Of a DNA stretch of 64,000 bases, positions 52,107 to 64,000 are shown piece after piece. The stretch is from Eledone cirrhosa (Eukaryota). The notes under the pieces were generated by a model, which worked only from the letters and a program-made list of their open reading frames with translations, ran no database searches and had not been told where the DNA came from. Numbering within the stretch: position 1 is the stretch's first letter; every line of letters starts with the position of its first letter. Location of the stretch: the NCBI GenBank assembly GCA_964016885.1, contig OZ024741.1:364188001-364252000 (forward strand). The letters are read 5' to 3'. The position numbers and the translations under genes are program-made.

Positions 52107-53034
52107 AACACCTTTCTAGGAGAAGGAAACTCTGAAAAAAAAACGGCTTTGGAAGCATGATGTTGACTAGTTCTCCTTTGTGGGTAGTGTTTTCGATGCT
52201 CAGAGAGTGGGATAGGTCGAGTGCAAGGCCTTTCCCCACTTAAAAAAAACCCTTCAAAGCACAGGCATTGCTTGTTCAGGATATGTTACAGGTTCGTGTG
52301 GTTGGCCGTAGCCTAAACGTGCACCAAACTCTATAATCTGACAAGCGATTGCAATACTCTTAGCAGAGTTTGCAGCTATCATGTATGTATGTATGTATGT
52401 CGGGTCACTCTTGGGTGCTAGTGGTAACATGTAACCCAGTACAACCTATCGCATGGTCGGGTCGTCGGCGACTAAACCAGCAACCCCACCAAGTTTACTT
52501 GGTGAGGAGGGTGATTTTGGACACGCTGCAGGACAAAAAACAAAACCTGACAAAGGGCGGAAGAACTCATAAGAGTCAACGGCCATCCAAAAGTGTGTAA
52601 GTATGTATATACACATGTACATATGTATGTATATGTATATGTGTATACACATTGGTGGTGCATGTGTATGTGTATGCGCAGGGACATAGAAATAGTCGGG
52701 CTGGACACCCAATCGCGCGGTTAAACCACTGGGAGTGAAGGACCCCTAACCTTTGTCAGGGCATTCTTCTAGGAGAAGGTAACTTAGGAAACTGGGATAA
52801 CTCCGATATAAAACCTGCAGCTCAGTAGTTACCGATGATGTTGATCTTTTCTTCTTTTCGGGTTATAGCTACTGTCGCTCAGAGAGTGGGATTGGCTCAG
52901 TGCACAGTCTTTCCTCACTTTAAAAAATATCTTCACGCACAGGCATTGCACAATAGAATTAATTAATAATTATTAATAATGGTACATCGTGCAATGGCCA
53001 TACTCGATAACGAGGGGGCAGCCATCATGTATGT
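52107..53034 (+). mobile_element. Two adjacent copies (partial 52107-52398; fuller 52398-53034) of the non-autonomous RTE-derived element
   Basis: Homologous to 6358-6998; microsatellite-like insert at about 52595-52680; (ATGT)n tails. Confidence 0.72.
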
Positions 53035-53729
53035 CATCATCATTATCACTGTTTAATATCCACTTACCTTGTTAGCAAGGGTTGAACAGGTCTATATAGA
53101 GCAAGTCAGTACTGAAGCATGTACTCAGTGCATTTATTGTGTAGATCACCAACACTAGGGAGGCTGTCATATCCTTGACATAACTGAAGGGTCTTCCTAA
53201 CCCTTGGTTCTATGTGAAGGTGTATGGCTTAGTTGTTATGGTAATGCTATGATCAAGTACTTTATTTCATATTTCACCAGAATAATTCAAAGGACTAGCT
53301 TTGTTACACACTGTGCCATGCTGAATCGTCATGAAAATTATATTTAGTGGGCAGATACCTATGAAATGCACAAAAAATTGCACAATACTTTCATGAGCAG
53401 ACTTTCATTGATCGCACAACTGGAACACTTATCATCAAAATTATTTTAAAAAACAGTAACACCATGTGTATGTATGGGTAACATTTTTCAGTAATTCAAT
53501 CTAGAAGATATGACTTAATTAATTATATATATATACATTTCATTTCATTTCATTTCATTTTACGTCCGCTTTTCCCTTTTTGCAAGGGTGGGACGGGAAC
53601 TGATTCTGGCTTGATTTCTACAGCTGGATGCCCTTCCTAACACCAACCTCATTTAGAGTGAGTGCTGGGTGCTTTTTTGCACCTCCACGACCACTTTGCA
53701 GTGGAATGATAGGGACCCCAGTCCCTATC

Positions 53730-53874
53730 ATCTCATTTCTACAGCTGAGTAAACTGGAGCAATGTGAAATAAAGTGTCTTGCTCAAGGAAACAACACATC
53801 ACCCGGGCTGAGAATTGAACTCACAACCTTTCGATTGCAAGGCCAATGCTCTAACCACTAAGCCATGTGCCTCC
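53730..53874 (-). mobile_element. tRNA-derived SINE (family 2) head
   Basis: Reverse complement TGGCTTAGTGGTTAGAGCATTGG...GAGTTCAATTCTC. Confidence 0.78.
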
Positions 53875-56552
53875 ATATATATATATATTAGAATATGTTT
53901 CTATCTTTGCTTTCCAACAATACTGTGGATTATAATCCCAAGAGAAAAAGAGAACAATCTTTTATATTGTGTGACTATGGCCTAAAAATAAACCTGATGA
54001 TTGTTTTACAGTGAAGATATGAAGATAGAATAGAAATGCACACTTATATATATGGATGTATATTTCATCATGATCATCATCATCATCATCATTTTACATC
54101 CTCTTTTCCCTGCTTGCAAGGGTGGGACGGGTCCTCTTCAGCACAGCATCTCTCCATTCGTCACGGTCCCTTGTCATCTCCTCTGTGAGCTTCACCGACC
54201 TGAGATCAGCTCTCACCACCTCCGCCCATGTTTTTTGTGGTTTGTGTGTATATATATTTCTTTCTTTCTCTCTCTCTCACTTTTATTCTCCTTCTCTCTG
54301 CTACCCTGCTGCTTCTATTTTTCTCTCATCTCTGCCTCTTTTCATCTACTCTTGCAGAGGTCCGACCTGTTTTCTTTGCTCTCTGTAATTCACCATCAAC
54401 AAAAGCCTCGGACTTATGTTTAGTCGCTGTTTTTGACTTCTTCCTCTCTCTCTCCTGGTTATTCATATACATACACATGCTTTTCATGTTCCCCTTCTTT
54501 TTGGTATGTTCTCTTCCTTTTTTTCCCCCAATAACTTTAAATAGTTATTGTTGCACTGGAGCTAGACATATTGTCTTTAATGCGTTGAGATGTCTGTAAT
54601 ATCCAGCAGACAACTGATGATGGGAATGTCCCCTGTTTGTGCTTTCCTCTTATTTTTAAATTACACTGTATCAAGTAACTACACAGCTCCTTAATTATTC
54701 AAGTATATATAAATATATATATATATATATACCAAATTGGAGATGGAATGAAACGATAGGAACAAAACAAACAAACAATTTCACATCTTCAGCCATCTGT
54801 TTTGAGTGAAGATATCCAAGGGTATCACGTAAAAAAATATCAGTTTTCAGTGTATTATGAATGATAACAGCATATTTATAATATACCACAGCAGCTGGGA
54901 AAATTATGACAGCAACAATTGGGAAACTGACTGGACAAAAGGAAAGAAAAAAGGCAAAATAGATTAGTCACTGCCCAGGGACGAATAACATGACTCAGTA
55001 TAATTGTTAGAGTGCATGAAATAATTAGAAAAATGAATGTTACATTTTATTTGCTTTTTTTTCATGTTACACCTCTCCTGTCCAACCCATGCATACAAGC
55101 ATGGATAGCAGGACATGCTCTACATCTGATCTCCTACAATGCTGCTGGCACAAAAAAAAATAAAGCTATAAGTCCACCCGGTATGGTGATCTGGTGCCAC
55201 ATGCATCCTGTTAGGTGGTCATGCTAGTGTCACAAGAGGCCCCCAGTCCACCATGTAAGGTGATCATGCTGTGACATGATAAAAAGTGCCCAGTCTGCCC
55301 TTGTTAGAGGTTGTTTGGGTGCCACGATAAAAAGTACCTAGTCTACACTGTAACATGGTTGATGTTAGGAATGGCATCCAGCTGTATAAACTTGCTTCCC
55401 TTGACACTGCATTATGTGTTATGGGGAGATTACTCTATTGGCGCTTTATGTCGCCTAGAGCGTGTTAAAGGTTAATGAGAAGTTTACAGAAATCATAGTA
55501 GGCATGATCAAAGTTAGATGGGTGTGGTGTAGGAAGACTCGACACTTCAGTATCTGCTAGTTTTGCAAACAGTTCCCAGTTGGCCTTGCAGAATTTCCAT
55601 CATTTAACTGATTTGTCGGTCTTCTAGTGGTGAGCCCTGGAAACTGATCACTGATCTTTGATTTCAGTCAGGTGAATGGCAACAACCTGAGACAGCAACA
55701 GCAACAGCAGCAAGAGGTTGATGATGAGAAGGGCATCCGGCCATAGAAAACTTGCCAAACAAAGGGTCAGGAGCACTTTTTAGCTGTGTCAAAGGTCAAA
55801 GATGACAACTTCCCTAGTCCTGGTGCAATGATAAAATGCACTCAGTGGAAAAATATTTAAGCAGGATATAGAACCCTGGCATATCTGAGAAGTCAGGAGC
55901 CCTGCGGAAGTAGTGTGTTTGTCTGTGAAAACTCATCCAACCCTTGCTAGCGGGGAAGATGGTCGTTAAATGATGATGATGATGATGTATAATTAGATTA
56001 AATATATAATAATTTCCTGTGATCAATAAATATATTGCTAAACCTCTTTGCTTCATAGCATTGCTGGGGAAATATCCAAAGTAGTGGAGAACGATCTATT
56101 GTTTTATGACCTATCACATGATTTGGCATGGGTCTGTGTGGACTGTGTAATAGAAAATGCTGGCTTAGTAAGTTTCTGAGTATGGTCAGAGCAAGAAGTG
56201 TCAAAAACTAGGCTTGTCTGTTTATCAAATTGCGAGCTGAAATTATTTTATTTAGAACAATGGGGTGCATAAGTGGGAGAAGGAGGTGCGGCGTATATTG
56301 TAGAGCGAGCCCAGGGCACTAAATACCCAGCTGACAGCTCTGAGAACAACAACAATGATATTCTATGAAATGACAAAGTGTGATATTTCTATCTTGATTG
56401 TTATTTTTCTGGGCAATTTCGAAAATCATTATGCTGTTTTTCACTGTTTGTTTATCAGGAGGAGGTAATTTACCACTTCATACTAACTTATGTGTAGGTA
56501 TATGTGAGTGTGTGTATATGTGGATGTGGATGTGTGTACTTGTGTGTGTGTA

Positions 56553-56584
<32 letters not shown>

Positions 56585-56857
56585 ATCACTTCTGCCCACA
56601 CCACCCTTTCTCTGTAAAGTTATGTTGGTACTACAGAACATCCAGCCCACATTGAATTGGTCATGTAAGTGTGATGACAAAAAGCACCCGGTCCATGCTG
56701 TAAAGTGATCGTATAGGAGACATGATAAAAAGCACCCAGCACACACTGCAAATGTGGTTGGCACTAGGAAGGGCATCCAGACCCAACTTGCCTCAATGGG
56801 ACAAACCCATCTAACCCATGCTAGCGTGGAAGATAGACGTTAAATGATGATGATGAT
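56585..56857 (+). mobile_element. RTE 3' UTR fragment
   Basis: AGGAAGGGCATCCAG, CCCATGCTAGCGTGGAA, (GAT)n tail. Confidence 0.8.
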
Positions 56858-56861
56858 ACAT

Positions 56862-57505
56862 ATGTGAATTTCGTATATCTAAAAATATACAGAATGTTTA
56901 ATAAATAAACATTTTGAAAGCCAAGCCATAAATATTGAAAGGCTGACAGCTAGCGCCGTCTAGTGGGTTCCAGCAGAAGCAATGTGAGACAACTGTTTCT
57001 GCGTATTTCAAGCGCTGGCTATCATCAGGACAGTGCTTCTCCTGCTCTCTGCTGGAACTTGAAACAAACAAAAACATATAGTTTTTTCACCTGTGTAAGT
57101 GGGCTGATTAGCCTCATTTGCATATGGAGCTGTGAAGTTGGCTGAACTTAAAAGTAGAATTAAAATGTAGCTCTTAATTCTACTTTTAAGTTCAGCCAAC
57201 TTACACATGCAAATGAGGCTAATCAGCCCACTTACACAGGTGAAAAAACTATATGTTTTCGCCTGTTTCAAGTTTCAGCAGAGAGCAGGGAAGCACTGTC
57301 CTGATGATAGCCAGAGCTTGAAATGCACATAGACAGTTGTCCCTTGCCGCTTCTGCTGGAACCCACTAGACAGCGATAGCCATCAACCTTTCAATATTTA
57401 TGGCTAGGCTTTCAAAATGTTTATTTATTAAACATACCATATATCTTTAGATATCCAAAATTCACATGCTTGTATGTATACAGCTATGTCTGAGCTAAGT
57501 TTTAA
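56862..57505. mobile_element. Older fold-back element (~300-bp arms, centre about 57168) with an HHR in each arm
   Basis: Arms are reverse complements with scattered mismatches; right arm has a short extension. Confidence 0.88.
57295..57337 (+). ncRNA. Minimal type I hammerhead ribozyme (mirror 56992-57034 minus)
   Basis: ACTGTC-CTGATGA-TAGC CAGA GCTT-GAAA-TGCACA-TA-GACAGT; 6-bp stem I, intact core, U.U at the base of stem II. Confidence 0.8.
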
Positions 57506-58454
57506 TTATATATATATGAATATATAGGTTTGTAAAAGGTAAACAAAAATAAGAAAGCAAATGACACAGTACATATATATATGTGTGTATATTTGCATAA
57601 TTGTGTGTATTTATGTATGTGTATGTGTGTATATGTATATGTTTGTGTGGGCATGTGAACTTGAGAATATACGAATGTGTGTGTGTGCATGTATTTTAGT
57701 GTGTGTGTACTTGTGCCCTGGTGCATATAGATGTGTGTGTTTATGGTAAATGAAAAAAAAATTGAAGTGGTAACTCTTAATATCATTCAATGATTTAGGA
57801 AAAAAACGCCTAAAAACAGGTTTGTTAATTTAAATGTTTATAATAGTTAGATCAGTGTGAAAATTTGCAGTAAACTAAAGTGAAATCTACAATTTTTAAT
57901 GTAATGTAGTCATTGTACTGTTTTGTACTTTTCAAGAATGTTTTCTTAATGAGGTTTCATGTGGTACAAGACCATAAGTGTTAAATAAACAGGTATAATG
58001 TGAAAGAATAATAGAATATCAGAGAAGAACATATTTATTCAGACTAAGTAAAGATATAACAAACAAAAAAATTGTCTTGTCATTGGGTACTAATTTAAGA
58101 ACAAATAAATATATTTATCTGGAGCAAATACAGCACCCACAAACATCTGAATAAAATCAGCTATCATCTCCAACAGGGAGGAATATGTCTGCAAATGAAA
58201 TTTAAGCAAGATGACTATCAAAGGAAGAGAGAAAGCAATGAAGATACCTTGTGGTGCAATACACATCCTGCAGGTTCATACTCCTCCTCAACATCAGCTG
58301 TGGTGCATTCTGGTCCCTTGCCAAAAGGATATTTTTCTAATTTTGCCGAATCTTCTTATGTACAACCTACCCTTCTCTTAGTTCAGATAGCTTTGTGTTG
58401 TAGTACCCATGCAGACAAATTTGCTATATTTACTGTCATGCTGCCTTTCTTGTG

Positions 58455-58720
58455 AAGGCATGTGGCTTAGTGGTTAGGGTGCTGGGCCCTTGATTGCAAG
58501 GTCATGAGTTTGTTTTCTGGACTAAGGAGTGCATTGTATCCCTAAGCAAGTCCCTTTATTTCACATTGCTCCAGTTCACTCAGCTGGGAAAAATGAGTTG
58601 CAATAACTCTAGTGCCAAGCTGTATCAGGTTTTGCCATAGCGTTATGTTGGATCACCCTGATAATTACATTAATGGTACACCTGTCTGTGGAATACTTGG
58701 CTTCTTATACATCACTAATC
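58455..58720 (+). mobile_element. tRNA-derived SINE (family 2)
   Basis: GAAGGCATGTGGCTTAGTGGTTAG; similar to 17753-17930. Confidence 0.78.
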
Positions 58721-58945
58721 TCATACAGTCCTTTAGCCCTCTCCATCATATCTTGAATTTAAAAAAAAAAAGCACCAGTCACACACAACCCTATGATGAT
58801 GATACCAACTTATTGGTTGATTTTGTTGCTTAACCCCTGAACAGCCTTGATCAAGCAGAACTATGATTAAGGTAGATTGTTCCACTGACATAATAACTGG
58901 AATCTTCATTATTGAAATTGGTAGAAATCCATTTATCTAATATAC

Positions 58946-59259
58946 ACTCAGCTGCCAGATGGGGCAACCCTTTTCAGTCACCAAAGTCTCCTCAACTGCC
59001 AGATGTGAAGACCCTTTTTAATCCCTAAAATTTACCTCAACTGCCAGATGTAACAACCTTTTCAACCACCAAAATCTACCTTAACTGCCAAATGTAACAA
59101 CCTTTTCAATCATTAAAATCTACCTCAGCTACCAGATGTAACAACCTTTTCAGTCACAAAAGTCTACCTTAACTGCCAGATGTGGTAACCTTTTCAACCA
59201 ATCACCAAAGTCTACCTCAATTGCCAGATGTGACAGCTTTTTTCAATCACCAAAGTCTA
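58946..59259. repeat. ~44-bp degenerate minisatellite, 7 copies
   Basis: Unit CCTCAACTGCCAGATGTAACAACCTTTTCAAYCACCAAARTCTA. Confidence 0.9.
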
Positions 59260-59499
59260 AGTTTGCAATTATGTTTGATGAAGTATTTGCAATCACTGTG
59301 AAACAATGAATTCCATAGCAGGTTGCTTGGGCAAATGACCTCTACTATAGTTTTAGGTTGAGCATTGACTTGCGAGCAAAATTTACTAGGTAGAAACTGT
59401 AGGAGCCCATTGAGTATATATTTGAATCTCTTAAACATTTTGCTGCCTCCCACTCCAACTCACCACCATAACATAGTCCAATGAAAACACAGGAGAGTG

Positions 59500-59935
59500 A
59501 CATCTTGTCAACCTAACTCCATAACCTACACACCCAACACCCTTCTGTGTAATATCACTCCATAATCTACACACCTAACACCCCTATGTATAATATCACT
59601 CCATAACCTACACATCTGGCCACCCCTACGGGTAATATTTGCACCACCAACACATGCATCACTAACTCTCAACACCAAGACCTGCACCACTAATATCCTT
59701 CCCCCCGCATCACCAAATATCATTGGCTGGTAGGTAATATTCCTAATAAACAAGGTCATGATGCGAACACCCAGCTCTGGGCTACCCCCCCACCAGGAAC
59801 ACAGTACCCCCTCCCCAAGACTTCAGAGTCACAACCATCAATGTAGGGATGCTGAAAGGTAGGTCAGGTGAAATTGTGGAGTTGTTTAAGCATAAGAAAG
59901 TTGACGTATGCTATATACAAGAGACCAGGTAAAGA
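59500..59935 (+). pseudogene. RTE 5' fragment (start of APE)
   Basis: FRVTTINVGMLKGRSGEIVELFKHKKVDVCYIQET aligns with the APE start of the intact ORF; left boundary uncertain. Confidence 0.75.
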
Positions 59936-60369
59936 AGAGAATCCTAGTTGGCAGAAAACAATGTTTTAATTCTTCTAGAAAGGTAACAACAAATCAATCC
60001 TGGACTTGGCTCATAATGGTGCCACACAGCTCCACACTGCAAACAGAGTTGATGGAAGACCTACCCAGTAATATGGCTCCCTTTATGAGTAAGGCTTGAC
60101 GTGGCCATCTGGCCCAACCTTCCTCATAAACTATGGTTTCGCTCTGAGCAGAGTATGATATGGCCAACTCACCTGCCCCTCCTCAGAACAGTGCCATCCA
60201 GTTCTACACTGGTTTTACTGTGAGAAGGTTCAGTGCAGCCAACTGGCCTGTCTCTCCTTATAGTGGTGCCATCCACTTTCATGCTGTAAATGTGGTTGTG
60301 GCTCCTAAATTATGGTTTCGCTGTGAGAAGAGTTCAGTGCACCAACTGTCCTGTCCCTTCTCCTAATGG

Positions 60370-60561
60370 TGTTATCCAGTTCCACACTGTAAATGTGGCA
60401 GGTGTTAGGAACGGTATCCAGCTGTAAAAATCCCGGCCAAATTTACAGTACTGTCTGAGCAAGATATGGTGTGGTGAATTCTGGCCTGACTTGTGTCTTG
60501 ATGTGGATGACTCATCTAACCCATGCAAGCATGGAAAATGGATGTTACATGGTGATGATGA

Positions 60562-60608
<47 letters not shown>

Positions 60609-61260
60609 TGATATATTTATATATATATATATATATATCATCATTATATATAAGCTTGCAAGCTCCGATGGATGTGTATAGTAAAATACGCGAATGGCAA
60701 AGCATAAACAAATTGAGAGAGAGACTGAGAATAAGAGGAATCAAATGTTGTGTGCAGGAGAGGAGGTTGCGTTGAAATGGACATGTATAAAACAGCTGCA
60801 TAAAAAGGTGCAGAGCACTAAAAGTCGATGGAAGCCTTGGAGTGGGGAGACCTGGGATGAGGTGATAAAAGCTGACCTTGCCCTATTGCACCTCTCAAAG
60901 CGATGACACAGGACCGTGACCTCTGGCATCACGCAGTAATACAGAAGACCCGACTTCCCATGAGTACAAGCCGAAGCTGAAGCATATAGACAATAAGCCC
61001 CCACCTCCTCCCACTGCAAAGTGGTGGTGGAGGTGTCACCACACTGTAAAGTGGTCATGTAGGCGCCACGGTAAAAAACACCCAATACTCACTGTAAATG
61101 AGGTTGGTGTTAGAAAAGGCATCCAGCTGCAGAAATCAAGCCAAAATCAGTTCCCGTATGAGCAAGAAAAGATCACCCAACCTGGCATTGCCCATAACAG
61201 GACAACCCGTCTAACCCATGCTAGCATGGAAGAATGGACGTAAAACGGTGATGATGATGA
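60370..61260 (+). mobile_element. Two RTE 3' fragments (60370-60565, 60650-61260)
   Basis: 3' coding remnant and UTR like 1168-1810; (GAT)n tails. Confidence 0.85.
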
Positions 61261-61589
61261 TATATATATATATACACATATGTATAAATACACATGTGTG
61301 TATGTGTGACTGTGTTTAAGTTGCATGATGTAGCAGTTAGATAAAATGAGATCAATGAAATAGTGAACAGACTTTTAAAATAATGTACTGGGGTTGAAAT
61401 GATCAACTAAATCTCTTTAAAGTAGTGCCCCAGCATTGGCTGCAGTCTAATGACTGACACAAGTAAACGAATAACATAAATGAGTGATTCACAAGCAATT
61501 TATCTCCTTTTTACCTTTGGAAGGAAATATAGTCAGGATGTGTTGTAATCATCAACAACACAACAAACTTTTTAAGGCCATTTGACCTG

Positions 61590-62030
61590 TTAAAGCAGGG
61601 CATAAGTATTATGGAGTCTCTATGACAAGCTTCTCTATTTTTCCCTATCCTCTGCATCTCTCTCAAAACCTTGGCTCTCATTTCCTCTTTCATCATCTTC
61701 AGCCATGTCATTCTTGGTCTTCTCCTTCCTCTACCTCCTTCCAGTCATTCTCATCCTGCCTCAAAATACTATCCAACCATCTCATTTCTCTCCAAAACAT
61801 CAGTCTCTATTTCCATCACTCCTCTCAACCAGTCACTTTCATCCTTCCTCAACACATGATCTAACCATCTTATTCCATTTCTCTCCACAACATTACTGTC
61901 TCTATTTCCACCACTCCTCTCACCCAGTCACTTTCATCCTTCCCCAACACATGACCCAACCATCTCATTCTATTCTTTTCACAACATTTATCACTGGTTC
62001 GATTTCCCCCATCCTCCATTGTTGACATAG
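61590..62030 (-). mobile_element. Old RTE-like 3' fragment with an internal ~95-bp duplication
   Basis: RMRWLGHVLGKDESDWV and GRRRPRMTW motifs; the HVLRKD block occurs twice. Confidence 0.65.
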
Positions 62031-63539
62031 GTCATCATTTATAATAATTTCCAATTATATGCAACTTATTTTAAAATATTTTTTTTTTCATCCATCTCTT
62101 TGTCTACATCTTAAGAAATATAGGCTATTTCTTTGGAATAGGATTTAAAAAAAAAAATCCACTTTAAACATAATTATCGCTTGTAATAATTATCCAGGCC
62201 GACGCTCATGCCTCTGGCAATGTTAAGATCAACGGTAATTCTCTGTCACTGGTGTCAAGGTAACCCAGTGAACACAAACAATGCGAGCCCCAAATCAGGC
62301 CATTCTGTCTTGTTACTTTATCAATATCAGTAGTAAAGTGACACTATATATCCTTTTCTTTAGTTCCTTTTGCTACCCATGGAGCATTGGATGACGACGT
62401 TATACTGTATATACATTGGCATAAACATCATTTAATATCTTCGAAACTATGGAAGCTGCTTAACTGCAACGTGTTTTCCAGCAAATAAATAATCCAAATT
62501 ATTATAACTAGGATTATGTTTACGGAACGAGTCGACGGAATTTATATATATACATACACCCACGCATAAAGACCGGCAGATAACGAGTGATAGACAACGC
62601 TTCACAGAACACTTGATTTCTAGTATGAATGAAAGCATATTAGAACATTTAGCCCTGCTCCCTTCCCACCTTAGTTGTCTTACATTTGTGTTCCATGAAT
62701 TCTATCTACGTAATCTAAATAAGAATATTAAAACGTTTTCGACATACCGTAGCGTTTGTGTAGTAGCCGGACAAAAAGAAAAAAAAAAGCAATACAGTTA
62801 TTATACTATAGATATCTAAGAATGAAATTGATATCTAAGAAAGAAATTGATCTTAACTGGGACAGTTTATAATAATACAGTAGAGTGTATTTGAAGTTTA
62901 TTTAAAAATTAGCATCAAGTTAAATTTAAAAAAAAAATCAAACAACGAAAGCTATTTTAGCCTTTCAATAGATGGTTATTCTGATGAATTTAGCAAAAGA
63001 ATTAGCCTTTTTTTTCTATAATGATTTATTTACTAACCGTAGTCACTGTTACATCTACGAAATATCATACGATGTGTTATTCAATGAAAATAATAATACG
63101 ATTTATAACATTCAATAATAGCTCTGAATAAGTACAAACTTCATCTGTGACCTGCCCAATCCCTTGCTGGCAGGGAAAGCGGACGGTAAATGACCACGGC
63201 GATGATGATAAATAGTAGAATTAGTAATCATAATTGTTGTTGGTAATTATATAATGCAAAGGGACATTGAAACAAAAATGTCGTAACAGATTTATTTTGT
63301 GGGCATTTTCTGACTGGTTGTTGAACATTGCACAATTTTGCTGTCATCCCCATTCTAACTCTAGTTTCTTTAATTGTGTGAAAGAGAAAGAGAGAGAGAG
63401 AAAGAAAGAGATAGACAGATAAATATATATATATAAATATAGAGAGAGAGAATGTCTATCTATCAGGCATGCTTCTCTGTTTCGTTGTTGGTGGCTGTAG
63501 CCTGACACCGGTAGTGAATGGAGAGATGTCAGTTATTGA

Positions 63540-63875
63540 GGGTTTCAGCATAGCCTAATGGTTAAGTGGTTCGCTTTACAATCATTAGGTCTCAGGTTCA
63601 GTCCCACTACACGACACCTTGGGCAAGTGTTATTTACCATAATCTCGAGACGACTTAAGCTTTATTGGGTAAACGGAAATTGTTTGGAAGGCCGTCGGAC
63701 GGACCGTGCCTGTAATTCAAGGGTGAGCCTTGTCACACAGTGTCATGCTGAATCTCTTGGAAAATTCCGTTTAGAGTACACGTGTCTTTGAAATGCTCAC
63801 CTTCTTCCACGTAAATTTTATGAGCAGGCTGTTCCATTGATGGAACTGGAACACATCGTCGAAACCGACGAAGGT
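63540..63875 (+). mobile_element. tRNA-derived SINE
   Basis: TAGCCTAATGG A box, GGTTCAGTCC B box, CCTTGGGCAAG central block. Confidence 0.75.
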
Positions 63876-64000
63876 TTATTCTGTTTTGACAAGTAGCATC
63901 ACTATCGTTATATCATCGCATCGTTGATACTGTGTAAAAATTGAAATAATAATAATAAACAATAGAATTGTTATAAAATAACTACTCTAATTAGTAGCCA

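Noticed and set aside
54606-54645. CTGATGA followed by a small hairpin
   Set aside because: No GAAA, stem III or stem I partner nearby; not counted as an HHR
58195-58455. Possible host exon in unique-looking sequence (also 62190-62800)
   Set aside because: No recognisable protein similarity or convincing splice-bounded frame; a small exon cannot be excluded without RNA data
58946-59259. CRISPR-like repeat-spacer pattern
   Set aside because: The whole unit is homologous between copies; it is a degenerate minisatellite

Overview
AT-rich, repeat-saturated eukaryotic DNA with no recognisable host gene. The mix of RTE LINEs with (GAT)n tails, Meta-domain tRNA SINEs and huge TA/CA microsatellites suggests an octopus/cephalopod intergenic or intronic region (inference). 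Standard content: one uninterrupted RTE LINE ORF (APE-RT-PHD-like finger, 47178-50348 minus), many truncated RTE copies, an RTE-X-like and an R4/Dong-like remnant, two decayed mariner copies, piggyBac- and pogo-like MITEs, two tRNA-SINE families and a bipartite non-autonomous RTE element. The standout signal is a dense set of fold-back (palindromic) insertions, mostly in (TA)n tracts, carrying type I hammerhead-ribozyme (HHR) motifs with palindromic stem III. It includes an 8-kb near-perfect palindrome made of a 5'-truncated Penelope-like element (GIY-YIG ORF plus an HHR with a ~116-nt stem II), a second Penelope-like element with an HHR in its inverted terminal repeat, and several 0.1-0.6 kb non-coding fold-backs. 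Two of these turn around exactly inside ribozyme-type hairpins. About 14 HHR motifs or half-motifs were found by eye, and two related copies show compensatory stem changes. Flanking DNA is also duplicated in inverted orientation at (TA)n tracts. Boundaries of decayed repeats are approximate, and all structures were folded by hand, not computed.
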